From Octopus sinensis (lineage: Eukaryota): a stretch of 26,798 bases of DNA. This document shows, in pieces, positions 10,083 to 21,194 of the stretch (positions are counted from its first letter, which is position 1; each line of letters begins with the position of its first letter). Below the pieces are notes generated by a model. The model was not told the origin of the DNA. It made no database searches and saw only the letters and a program-made list of their open reading frames with translations. Position numbers and translations under genes: made by a program. Location of the stretch: the NCBI RefSeq assembly GCF_006345805.1, contig NW_021834122.1, positions 1 to 26,798 on the forward strand, given 5' to 3'.

Positions 10083-11066
10083 GTAATATATACAACATTG
10101 TAGCTCTGCTCAGACTAGATCTAAACGCAGAGAAAAGAAAACTATCATCTCGCTCAGCGTGAAATTTCACTGAGTCTATCACGGCTTTTATTGGTAACCA
10201 CAGCAGCCTTAATTCTATGAGCTATCGAAGATGTAATTATTCCATCCCATTCACTTCGTTTTCCCGAATTAAATTAAGATTCATTCTAGTCAAAATCAAA
10301 AATTCCGAGGGCGTACTTCTCTGCTCGCTGTATGAAGGGGGTTAAAGGAAAAACTTTAGCCTAAACTTCACAGTTAAGCCGTTTCCACAAATGTCTGTCT
10401 CAGATAACGACTACCACGCCAATTGCCGTATTATCAATCGATTTTCTAAAGAATTCCCCGAATGAGCCAAAAGCTACCATATAACTATTAACAAAAAGAA
10501 AAACGAAATGGCCGACATCATTATCACGACGACTGATCACACATGTATTTCCATATATAAGCGATCTGACAGGAAGGACTGCAGTAAATATAGAATATTA
10601 GAAATTATTTCAAACGGCAATTTTTGAGTAGAATTTTTCCAAATTCTTTAAACTATTATTAGAAAACTAATAACTGTTTTGACAAGTGTCGGAGATGGGG
10701 AGAAATTCAACATATTTCATGCAGAAAGTTATCGAATTTATCACTAAAGACCATATGAAAACAATTGATAACACGAACTAGACAATACACATGTATTTGT
10801 ATAGAGAAGTTTTTCATCTAAACACCATGGTGATAGCTTCAATGCCCACAGTAAAGGCTCTGCAGTAGCTACAGTGTACAGATGAACATTTATGTATCGT
10901 CATCACTTGTAAAACGAACACCGAATCATTTTTTTATTATTATTTTTAGTTATGTCTTTTTGTCAGAAAACAATCATTCCAATAAGCTCAGTGATTTTAA
11001 ACGCTGAAACATTTGTGATGCAGAATTATCAAATTTTCTTCAAAGACATTGAATGAGAACTCAGTT

Positions 11067-11486
11067 ACTCTCTTTTACTCTTTTACTTGTTTCAGTCATT
11101 TGACTGCGGCCATGCTGGGGCACCGCCTTTGGTCGAGCAACTCGACCCCGGGACTTATTCTTTTTTTGTAAGCCCAGTACTTATTCTATCGGTCTCTTTT
11201 GCCGAACCGCTAAGTGACGGGGGAACATAAACACACCACCATCGGTTGTCAAGCAATGCTAGGGGGACAAACACAGACACACAAACACACACGCACACAT
11301 ATATATATACATATATACATATATACGACGGGCTTCTTCCAGTTTCTGTCTACCAAATCCACTCACAAGGCTTTGGTCGGCCCGAGGCTATAGCAGAAGA
11401 CACTTCCCCAAGATGCCACGCAGTGGAACTGAACCCGGAACCATGTGGTTCGTAAGCAAGCTACTTACCACACAGCCACTCCTGCG
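11067..11486 (-). mobile_element. SINE family A, full length
   Basis: Head (reverse complement of cgcaggagtggctgtgtggtaag), core ggcatcttggggaagtgtctt, internal TA/CA tract and (taaaagag)n tail. Confidence 0.95.
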
Positions 11487-11931
11487 TTATGGAAAGTTCA
11501 TACTTCAATGTCATTTATAAAACGAGTACTGATGGTATCTTTCTTTTAAAAGACAAAAATTCAATCTTCAAATATGCACACTGACATTTGAAGGACATTG
11601 AATAATTCCGTTGCACGAAATAAAACGTTGAGCGAGAACCTCACTCAGCGAAATACTGATGCTTCAACGATCCTCTGTTGGGCATAAGTTTGCAAGTAAT
11701 ATCAACAAGGTGAGTACAGTAGAATGGAGGGGAACGGAATATCAAGCAAAAAGGAGTAACTTATCAAGAATATTTTAAATCGTGTTAGTCTTCCGAAAAG
11801 AAGATTTTCTGGTATGACTGAACACGCGTAGGAACGCACACTCGAAACGCTGAAACTCTCGCTAAAAGGCCGTAGCTAAATGGTACAAGGCTGATGCGTG
11901 GCCTTGCGGTTAACATGTTAAGTTCACGTTC

Positions 11932-11962
<31 letters not shown>

Positions 11963-12004
11963 TACATCCCATTTAGGGAATTGACTTATATGTGAGGCAC
12001 TTTA

Positions 12005-12144
12005 TTAGGTTGTCCCAAAAGTTCGTAAACACTTGCGAAAATTGAATTTTTACTCGCCAAGTACTAACAAAAACAACAAAATTATTCCTCAAAATAAAGA
12101 CCATTATTTTCTAAGACTTTCTACGAACTTTTGGGACAACCTTA
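12005..12144. mobile_element. Tc1/mariner MITE, 140 bp
   Basis: 23-bp TIRs ttaggttgtcccaaaagttcgta (12005-12027) and tacgaacttttgggacaacctta (12122-12144, one mismatch), flanked by TA on both sides. Confidence 0.9.
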
Positions 12145-12360
12145 TACCTTTCATGCTTGAATAGTACAGTAATCAGAAGGCTTTGTATAGTGTATTGTTC
12201 ACGATTTGCGAGCGTGAAGCAGATCACATACAACTCTTGTATTCATCAAACTACTGTCGCAGAATTGAAAGCGTTTTTGTTGATTCTATCAACTAGTGAT
12301 GTGTGTGTGTGTGTGTGTGTGCTCGGAGTCATAGTGAACTCGAATATAACGATATATATA

Positions 12361-12522
12361 GGCGAAGGAGTGACTCTGTGGTAAGTAGCTTGCTAACCAA
12401 CCACATGGTTCCGGGTTCAGTCCCACTGCGTGGCACCTTGGGCAAGTGTCTTCTTCTATAGCCTCGGGCCGACCAATGCCTTGTGAGTGGATTTGGTAGA
12501 CGGAAACTGAAAGAAGCCTGTC

Positions 12523-12567
<45 letters not shown>

Positions 12568-12786
12568 TGTGTGTGTTTGTGTCTCTGTGTTTGTACCCCT
12601 AGCATTGCTTGACAACCGATGCTGGTGTTTACGTCCGCGTCACTTAGCGGTTCGGCAAAAGAGACCGATAGAATAAGTACTGGGCTTACAAAGAATAAGT
12701 CCTGGGGTTGATTTGTTCGACTAAAGGCGGTGCTCCAGCATGGCCGCAGTCAAATGACTGAAACAAGTAAAAAAGAAAAAAGAGTA
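12361..12786 (+). mobile_element. SINE family A, full length
   Basis: tRNA-like head with A/B-box-like motifs, ggcaccttgggcaagtgtctt core, internal (TA)n(TG)n and tail; inserted in TA-rich sequence. Confidence 0.95.
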
Positions 12787-13181
12787 TATATCGAGAGAGA
12801 GACAGATGAATAGACATTGTAAAGTATGTGTTGACTGTAACTTCAAATTACCCCTGAAAGCATTGAATCACCTTATCAGTAAATGTTTCGTTAGTTTTCA
12901 TAAATTAGCTTCGAACATCAACTTAGCGCGCCCAAACACGCACACATTTATTTATTTACTTATACACACACGAACACAGACACACTGGAAGCAAACTCTT
13001 TTAAGAGAGGCCAACAGACATCTAAATTTAATCTTTTTGACAGATACAGCGATGGAATTCGTCCCAGTTTTACACTTGATAGTCGAACTTCAGCAAATGG
13101 AAACCGTTCTCAATAATAATCGTTTTCTCTCACTCGTTTCAAACTACGAAAACTATATGTATCAGAAGGTAATCTTTATCT

Positions 13182-13557
13182 AGTGGAGGCGCAATGGCCC
13201 AGTGGTTAGGGCAGCGGACTCGCGGCCGTCGGATCGCGGTTTCGATTCCCAGACCGGGCGTTGTGAGTGTTTATTGAGCGAAAACACCTAAAGCTCCACA
13301 AGGCTCCGACAGGGATGGTGGTGATCCCTGCTGTACTCTTTCACCACAACTTTCTCTCACTCTTACTTCCTGTTTCTGTTGTACCTGTATTTCAAAGGGC
13401 CAGCCTTGTCACTCTCTGTGTCACGCTGAATATCCCCGAGAACTACGTTAAGGGTACATGTGTCTGTAGAGTGTTCAGCCACCTACACGTTAATTTCACA
13501 AGCAGGCTGTTCTGTTGGTCGGATCAATCGTAACAGACGGAGTGCTTCCAAAAAAAA
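13182..13557 (+). mobile_element. SINE family C, full length with poly(A) and 11-bp TSD
   Basis: A box tggcccagtgg, B-box-like ggtttcgattccc, tRNA-Arg-like head, and TSD aatctttatct at 13171-13181 and 13558-13568. Confidence 0.95.
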
Positions 13558-13631
13558 AATCTTTATCTCCGACTTGACGTGGAGGTTGGGTTAGAACACG
13601 AAACACCGCGTGAAATACCTGTCATCTGTTC

Positions 13632-13730
13632 GGGATCGATAAGTACGAGTTAAACCGGGAGGTCAATATATTAGACTGATCCCTGGCTCACCGAAAATTT
13701 CAGGTCTTGTGCGATATATTTGAAAGGAGA
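13632..13730 (+). mobile_element. SINE family B, old 3' fragment
   Basis: ggatcgataagtac..aaaatttcaggtcttgtgc..tttgaaagg. Confidence 0.55.
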
Positions 13731-13853
13731 TATTTATAGCTTATCTCTTTCTAGATGCAAGATTTTCTCTTCTCTTGAAGTTCATAGATTTGTATAAAAT
13801 CAGCAATTTATACGGCACACACACACACACAGACGCGTTTATATGTAATTTTT

Positions 13854-14078
13854 CCTTTTACTTGTTTCAGTCATTTGACAGCGGCAATGCTGGAGCACCG
13901 CATTTGGACGAACAAATCGGCCCCAGGACTTATTCTTTGTACGCCTAGCACTTATTCTATCGGTCGCTCTTGCCGAACAGCTAACTTACGAGGACGTAAA
14001 ACACACAAACATCGGTTGTCAAGCGACAGATAGACACAAACATACATGTGTGTGTGTGTGTGTGTGTCTGTGTCTGTG

Positions 14079-14114
<36 letters not shown>

Positions 14115-14294
14115 CATACATACACACACAAGATGAGCTTCTTTCAGTTTCCGTCTACCAAATCCACTCACAAGGCTTTGGTCGGCCTGAGGCTATATAG
14201 TAGAAGATACTTGTCCGAGTGCCACGCAGTGGGGCTGAACTCGGAACCATGTGGTTGGGGAGCAAGCTTCTTACCACACAGCCACACCTGTGCC
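13854..14294 (-). mobile_element. SINE family A, full length, more diverged
   Basis: Both the head and tail modules are present with an internal CA/TG/TA tract. Confidence 0.9.
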
Positions 14295-14897
14295 TATGTA
14301 TGTATCAGTTTCCCAACACAACAACCCATAATCCAAACAAGATGGCGATTCTTCAATTAAATGCATATCAAGTTTTTTTTGCAAAAGAGATATAAAGCAA
14401 TTTGACTGAAGTTGATATTTGAGACAGTGTGTAAAATGTGTATAAAAAATATATACGCACGCACACACATACAGACAGACACAGATTCATTGATTCACGC
14501 TTGCATAGCTAAATTCATAAGCAGGCGCTACAACAAATCTTCCATTCTATCAGTTATGAGATTTTCTCACAACCATGTGAACGCGTAGAAGCACCATTTA
14601 TTTTTTACTTCAGATTTGCAGAACCCAGGAACACCTACTACACAAAAAGGCTTTCTCTATCACTATATATATAAATCAAAATAAGCAACAAGAATGTCTT
14701 CGGTAATTTGGTACGATCGCTTCACGCTACATCATTTTATTAAACATTGTAAGTATTACAACAGTTTTAAAATGTTGAGCAATCATCAGCCATTTATAGA
14801 GGCTTATTTTGATTATAATCACCCCATGAATATATATGGATAACACATACAAAATTCTGGTGCATCTGACTTAGGTACCATACTCATTTGAATATAT

Positions 14898-14937
<40 letters not shown>

Positions 14938-15256
14938 CTAGCAGTATTGCCCGGCGTTGCTCGAGTTTGTTTCGACTCTTTAGAATTGGAATTTTTGAAA
15001 AGTAAAAATTTTGCATTATGTAGCTTGTTATTCTCTTTAAGTGAACATATTTCTGGTTGAAATACACCAAAAAATGGCGACACAGCAGTCAAAATATCGT
15101 AATAAATAGGGATTTTCATAGAAAAAAAAGCACCTTTTTGATGTAAATAATTTTTGGTGTTAACATGGTCCGATTTGAAAGCAAGCCTTCTTCTATCATA
15201 CTCTCAATTTTGGTCAACCTGCGCCGCAGGGTCTCGGAGGAGATAGTGTTAGTTGA
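14938..15256 (-). mobile_element. Non-autonomous Helitron, 5'-truncated
   Basis: The minus-strand 3' end acaaactcgagcaacgccgggcaatactgCTAG|t matches 8828-8860 at 31 of 33 positions. Confidence 0.8.
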
Positions 15257-15484
15257 AGTCATTTGACTTCGGTCATGCTGGAGCACAGCCTTAAAGCGTT
15301 TTCTAGTCAAAGAAATCGACCCCAGGACTTATTCTTTGTAAGTCAAGTATATAGTCGATCGGTCTCTTTTGCCGACCTGCTAAGTCACGGGGACATTAAC
15401 ACACCAACAGCGGTTGAGGAGGACAAACATAGACACAAACACACATATGTTTATACACACACACACACGACGGGCTTCTTTCAG
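15257..15484 (-). mobile_element. SINE family A, partial (tail module plus start of the head module)
   Basis: gtcatttgac..catgctggagcac..aatcgaccccaggacttattctttgtaag..acgacgggcttctttcag. Confidence 0.85.
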
Positions 15485-15821
15485 AATAGTGTCAAATTGT
15501 TTTTACTATAACAGGAAAAACATACGCGAATGCTCAAGTTACCATTAGAGGAACTGAACCCGAAATCACGCGGTTGCGAAACGGCTTTCTTAACTAATTA
15601 GGCATGCTTACTAGTTTTTAATTACGTCTTAATCTTTTCTAAACATAGAACCAAATTAATTAATTTTAGTAAAAGCGATTTCATTGTTAGAAGTATTTTA
15701 GGTTAAGTACAATACAAAAATAATTAACGAATCTTATATTGCAACCAAATATGGTTGTAGTTTGCAGAACAATAGTAAATGCAGGATTAAGCAATGGTTT
15801 CTAACTCGGTCACAATACAAG

Positions 15822-16590
15822 TAAATTGGGGGCGGGATCGACTCTAGTACTTAACTCGCACTTTGTAGCATTGATACCAAAAGGATGAAAGGGAAAGTTA
15901 ACCTTGGTAGGACTTGAACTCGGAGTGTAAAGATCAGGAAGTAAAGGTCGCTAATCATTTTGTCCAACTCTGTAACGATTCTGCCAAACTCCATCTAATT
16001 TAGACGCAGGGGCCGCACATTTGAAAAGCCGGGTTTAGTCCATACCTATTTCTTTACTACCCACAAGGGGCCAAACACAGAGAGCACAAACAAGGACAGA
16101 CAAATGGATTAAGTCGATTATATCGACTCCAGTGCGTAACTGTACTTATTTAATCGACCCCGAAAGGATGACAGGCAAAGTCGACCTCGGCGGAATTTGA
16201 ACTCAGAACGTAACGGCAGAAGAAATACGGCTACGCATTTCGCCCGGCGTGTTATCGTTTGTGCCAGCTCGCCGCCTTAAGTTTAGTCCATACCATCGGT
16301 TCAGTACTTGATTGGTCTTTATTTCATAGACTCCGAAAGGATGACAGGCGAGTTGGATCCGGCGGAATTTGAATTAAGAACACAAAGACCTGGAAATAAA
16401 TACCGCATCCTTCTTCGACGGACAAAAGATTCTGTTAGTTCACACCTTGAATAATGGTTTCAAATTTTTTGCATAATGCCAGTAAAGAGGAAGGAGTAAG
16501 CCAATATCATCTATCGCCAGTACTCAACTGGTACTTTATTTTATCGACCCTGAAAGGATGAAAGGGAAAGTCGACAACGGGATTTCACGT
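15822..16590 (-). mobile_element. Cluster of four same-orientation SINE B copies, one nested
   Basis: Repeated gaaaggatga.aggc/gaaagt motifs at about 15880, 16165, 16335 and 16555. Confidence 0.8.
16047..16280 (-). mobile_element. Young full-length SINE B with perfect 14-bp TSD
   Basis: TSD gtttagtccatacc at 16033-16046 and 16281-16294; intact head (reverse complement of aaggcggcgagctggc). Confidence 0.95.
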
Positions 16591-16619
16591 AATACACACA
16601 AAAAATATAAAAAGAATAA

Positions 16620-17465
16620 AATAAGTCGCCATCCGTAAATGAAAACACTTATGTACATTTTCACTGTAACGGTTGGTTCTACTCAGACCACGAAGAAAGT
16701 AGCCGGAACATTGATAAGATCTCAAAAGTGGAGGATGGATTTGACTCAGTAAAGACTTGTTACACAAATACTGTGGATGCCAATGGAATGTCATATATGA
16801 GTGTCTTTCACATAAAATGAAGAACAATGTTAGCATTTTTTGGACTTGTGACCGCCACGTCACGTTGTACTACAAAGGTTATGACCCTGTAATCCAAGAA
16901 GAATCGTCAACTACAAAATATCTGACGAACAAATGAGATTTTGGAACCATTAATAGCTAAGATATGTCTCGTAATATCAATTGTTGCATTTCTTAAGACG
17001 ACATTAAATAAATAATCAACAGCTGCCACAGAATGTCATGGTATTATTTTCTCATGTAGTATGATGCTGTTGAAACAATATACAACGCCATCTTGTAGGA
17101 GGACTTTCCTGGCTAGTAACCAACATACATTATGTCGAGTACATACCTAAATCTGAGTACATGGCGAATACTGATGGCGTATCACCTATCGAAACATTTG
17201 CCAAATGCAAATTTAACAAGTTGAAGTTATGTACTCTTGTGGCAGCGGCCCAGAAAATATAGACGTCTTTCAAAATCACCGCGCAAGAGATAGCATTCGA
17301 GTAAAACTGCTTCAAAAAGGGAAAAATTGTTCATTTATATCTGTAATTATTGCCGTATGTATTTATGTTTCTAAGTACCATAATTTGGAGCTTGGTAAAC
17401 GCTGCGTCGAGGAGATGCACCTCGGTTTTGGAAAAGTAATTTTTAGAAAAAGAACTTTTTGGTAG
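16620..17465 (+). pseudogene. Possible decayed coding remnant (LINE ORF1-like, PHD plus RRM), multiple stops and frameshifts
   Basis: Frame 16745-16933 reads ..LHKYCGCQWNVIYECLSHKMKNNVSIFWTCDRH.. (H-x2-C..W-x-C spacing as in a PHD finger). Frame 17074-17259 ends SPIETFAKCKFNKLKLCTLVAAAQKI. Pattern recognition only. Confidence 0.3.
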
Positions 17466-17625
17466 TCACCAAAGTCACGTCCACACGATTGGACAAAGCC
17501 CGGCGAAGAAACGCTGAATGTCAGTTAACTGAAGTCAAACCAGCGGAGAGCTGATGCTCGTCGCTGAGGGAAATCACCCCACAATGGTCACCTATCTCGG
17601 TGGTTTACTGCTCTTCACTTTAATT

Positions 17626-17705
17626 GTTCGACTAAAACCTTTTACGGTGGTGCTCCAGCATGGCCGCAGTCAAGTCAAGTGACTGAAACAAGTGAAATAC
17701 TAAAG
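17626..17705 (+). mobile_element. SINE family A, tail fragment
   Basis: ttcgactaaa..ggtggtgctccagcatggccgcagtcaa..gactgaaacaagt. Confidence 0.8.
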
Positions 17706-17729
17706 AATAATATAAATATATTTCTTTAA

Positions 17730-17835
17730 AGTCTAGTACTTATTCTATCGGTACCTTTTGCCGAACCACTAAGTTACGAGGACGTAAAAACACCTACACC
17801 GGTTGTCAAGCGGTGATGAGGAGACAAGCACAAAC
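17730..17835 (-). mobile_element. SINE family A, internal fragment interrupted by the adjacent family C copy
   Basis: ctagtacttattctatcggt..ttttgccgaacc.ctaagttacg..ggttgtcaagcg. Confidence 0.8.
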
Positions 17836-17837
17836 AA

Positions 17838-18196
17838 TGGTGGCACAACGACGAAGGTTTCAGTTGATCCGATCAACAGAACAGCCTGCTCGTGAAATTA
17901 ACGTGTAAGTGGCTGAGTACTCCACAGACACCTGTACTCATAGGGAGATTCAGCGTCACACAGTGTGACATGGCTGGCCGTTTGAAATACGGGTACAACA
18001 GGAAGAAAGAATGAGAGAAAATTGTGGTGAAAGAGTACAGCAGTGTTCGCCACCACTCCCTGTCGGAGCCTCGTGGAGCTTTAGATGTATTCGCTCAATA
18101 AACATTCACAACACCCGGTCTAGGAATCGAAACCGCGATCCCACGACCGCGAGTTAAGACCGCTGTCTTAACCACTGGGCTTTTGCGCCTCCACTA
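17838..18196 (-). mobile_element. SINE family C, full length
   Basis: Reverse complement of the 13182 copy from tagtggaggcgca to the tail. Confidence 0.9.
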
Positions 18197-18220
18197 TATA
18201 TATGTACACACACACACACA

Positions 18221-18384
18221 CAACGGAGTTCTTTCAGTTTCCGTCAACCAAATCCACTTCACAAGACTTTGGTCGATCCCAGGCTATAGTAGAAGACACT
18301 TGCAGAAGGTGCCATGAAGTGAGATTGAGCCCACAACCATGTGGTTGAGAAGCAAACTTGTTATCACACATCCACGTCCGCGCC
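18221..18384 (-). mobile_element. SINE family A, head module
   Basis: ttctttcagtttccgtc.accaaatccac..ggctatagtagaagacacttg..aaccatgtggtt..gcgcc. Probably the 5' part of the A copy at 17730 that was split by the C insertion. Confidence 0.85.
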
Positions 18385-19116
18385 TATGGTATAAAGTTTT
18401 TGTTTTCTTTTTTTTTATTTTAATCATTATCATTATTATTTTTCTGTACATAAAAAGAGTATCTCCCATTTTTCCATGCCAAAAAATACGGAATTAACGC
18501 TACCAAACAATGATTTTGAAGTGATGTGGTACTTGAAAAAGAATGGCACACAACCACATAACTAATTCAGTCTAAAGCGAACCGATGAAAATTGCAGGAA
18601 TGTTGCTAATTTAGCATGTTATTCAACACACCTGATGCTGTCTAATTTGCAACGTTGAAGCTTTGTTTCTTGTTCACAGCTAACTCCACTTTTTTTTTTA
18701 TGATGTATTACATGGATACACATGTGACTATACAAGGAAATTGCGACTGCAGTATCGAAAGAGCGATTTTAGCTTCATCTCAAACATTGTTGGCTAATCA
18801 ATTATATATATACCGACTTGTTTGAGACAAAAAACTAAATGAGAGTGAATGAGCGGAAAAAAGTCGTAACGTATTAAAGAATGGTTTGAATGACGTATTG
18901 TGGAAGAAGCAGATGATAAAAATCTTTTAAATTTTCAAGTGTGAATAGTAGTGGGAAGCAGAAGGGAAATAGGAAAATGTAAGCGTTCCTCTTTCAACAA
19001 TTACTTCTTATTCTTCACTTCCTCCTCCAACTTCCTTCCCTCCAACTCACCTTAGGACGGAAGACATTATCGAAACGTTTGTTCATACATGCATGCATAC
19101 GAACGTACGTACATGA

Positions 19117-19235
19117 ATATATCCCAACATCCACATATACGCTTTCATTCATACATAAATTCATACATACATTCATATATACATTCATACATCCACATTC
19201 ATCTCGTACATTCATACGTACATCCAAATGCACAC

Positions 19236-19295
<60 letters not shown>

Positions 19296-19440
19296 GTGTG
19301 TGTGTTGTGTGTGTGTGTGTGTGTGTGTGTCTGTGTATTTGGATGTACGTATGAATGTACGAGATGAATGTGGATGTATTAATGTATATATGAATGTATG
19401 TATGAATGAATGAATGAATGAATGCATATGTGTGGATGTT

Positions 19441-19449
<9 letters not shown>
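19117..19449. repeat. Palindrome (inverted duplication) of about 330 bp centred on a (TA)n tract
   Basis: The left arm tatatcccaacatccac..atctcgtacattcatacgtacatccaaat is the reverse complement of the right arm. The ORF track shows the same peptide (IHPHSSRTFIRTSK) on both strands. Confidence 0.95.
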
Positions 19450-19479
<30 letters not shown>

Positions 19480-19482
<3 letters not shown>

Positions 19483-19555
19483 ACATTCATACATACATAA
19501 ATACACACATATATACGTACAAGCATGGATATTCATACTTACACCCAAATACATA

Positions 19556-19588
<33 letters not shown>

Positions 19589-19748
19589 CATACATTCATA
19601 CATAAATACACACATATATACGTACAAACATGGATATTCATACGTACATCCAAATACACATATATACATACATTCATACATAAATAAATAAATACACACA
19701 TATATACGTACAAGCAAGAATAAATAAATAAATAAATAAATAAATAAA
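19480..19748 (+). repeat. Degenerate tandem duplication (unit about 110 bp) ending in (TAAA)n
   Basis: cataaatacacacatatatacgtacaa.ca occurs three times. Confidence 0.8.
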
Positions 19749-19954
19749 AAGTAGTACAGAATTTTGTATGACTTTGGCGATTTACAAGAGAAACAGAATT
19801 CATTTGCACCTTTCGAAATAAGGCATATCAGTGTAATATATTTATAAAACTTCCATCAATCTCTGTAAAGCACAGCAAAATTGTAATTGCTCTCTGACAG
19901 GAAATAAAAGACATGCTGTGTTACAGAAATCACTTGTTAGTATATATATATATA

Positions 19955-20357
19955 CTCTTTTACTTGTTTCAGTCATTTGATTGTGGCCATGCTGGAGCAC
20001 CGCCTTTAGTCGAGCAAATCGACCCCGGGACTTATACTTTGTAAGCCCAGTACTTATTCTATCGGTCTCTTTTGCCGAACCGCTAAGTGACGGGAACGTA
20101 AACACACCAGCATCGGTTGTCAAGCAATGCTAGAGGGACAAACACAGACACATAAACATATACATACACATACATACATATATATACACATATACGACAG
20201 GCTTCTTTCAGTTTCCGTCTACCAAATCCACTCACAAGGCATTGGTCGGCCCGAGGCTATAGCAGAAGACACTTGCCCAAGATGCCACGCAGTGGGGCTG
20301 AACCCGGAACCATGTGGTTGGTAGGCAAGCTACTTACCACACAGCCACTCCTGCGCC
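19955..20357 (-). mobile_element. SINE family A, full length, young
   Basis: Near-identical to 20747-21194 in reverse complement; flanked by TA runs. Confidence 0.95.
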
Positions 20358-20746
20358 TATATATGTATTAGATTAAATATATGTATATTTAATCTAAAGT
20401 TACTGAGGAGAAAATACAGAGAAAACGAGCAAGAAGAAGCCGGCAGCAGATCCTAAAGGGGAGATAACTTTCTGTTATAAGTAGCCTGATACGGCTTATG
20501 ATTATTATATCCACGGAATCCGTATGTGAAAACAAAACCGCCATAAATATATTTTGCACACGAGAAAAGCATGAGATGGTAGTAAATAGCGGTTAGAAAC
20601 GTAGGTAATACGAAACTTAAACCTTAAAACATTTAGCTTAAACCTTAGCAATTGCAAAGTAAAATTCTCGAGATGTTTCTTTATAACGAAGTTTCGTGCT
20701 ATTGCCGGATAATTTTTTAAATAAAATACGGAGCAAAAGAAAGATA

Positions 20747-21194
20747 GGCGCAGGAGGGGCTGTGTGGTAAGTAGCTTGCTTACGAACCACATGGTTCCGG
20801 GTTCGGTCCCACTGCATGGCATCTTGGGCAAGTGTCTTCTGCTATAGCCCCGGGCCGACCAATGCCTTGTGAGTGGATTTGGTAGACGGAAACTGGAAGA
20901 AGCCTGTCGTATATATGTATGTATATATATATATAATATATATATATTATATGTGTTGTGTGTGTGTGTGGGTGTGTGTCTGTGTTTTTTTCCCCCTAGC
21001 ATTGCTTGACAACCGATGCTGGTGTGTATACGTCCCCGTCACTTAGCGGTTCGGCAAAAAGAGACCGATAGAATAAGTACTGGGCTTACAAAAAAGAATT
21101 AGTCCCGGGGTCGAGTTGCTCGACTAAAGGCGGTGCTCCAGCATGGCCGCAGTGAAATGACTGAAACAAGTAAAAGAGTAAAAGAGTAAAAGAG
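20747..21194 (+). mobile_element. SINE family A, full length, young, with TSD of about 17 bp
   Basis: (taaaagag)x3 tail; TSD ggagcaaaagaaagata (20730-20746) and ggagcaaaaaaaaagata (21200-21217). Confidence 0.95.

Noticed and set aside
13184-13260. tRNA-Arg-like sequence (also the heads of families A, B and D)
   Set aside because: The acceptor and T stems do not close properly, and each continues into a SINE body with tail and TSD; these are SINE heads, not tRNA genes.
16620-16820. Alternative reading of the 16.6-kb block as an Ig-like/UNC5-like domain (YVHFHCNGWFY..VDANGMSYMSVFHIK) followed by a hydrophobic helix
   Set aside because: It requires two compensating frameshifts to assemble and has no signal peptide or splice support; stitching frames in AT-rich DNA is too permissive.
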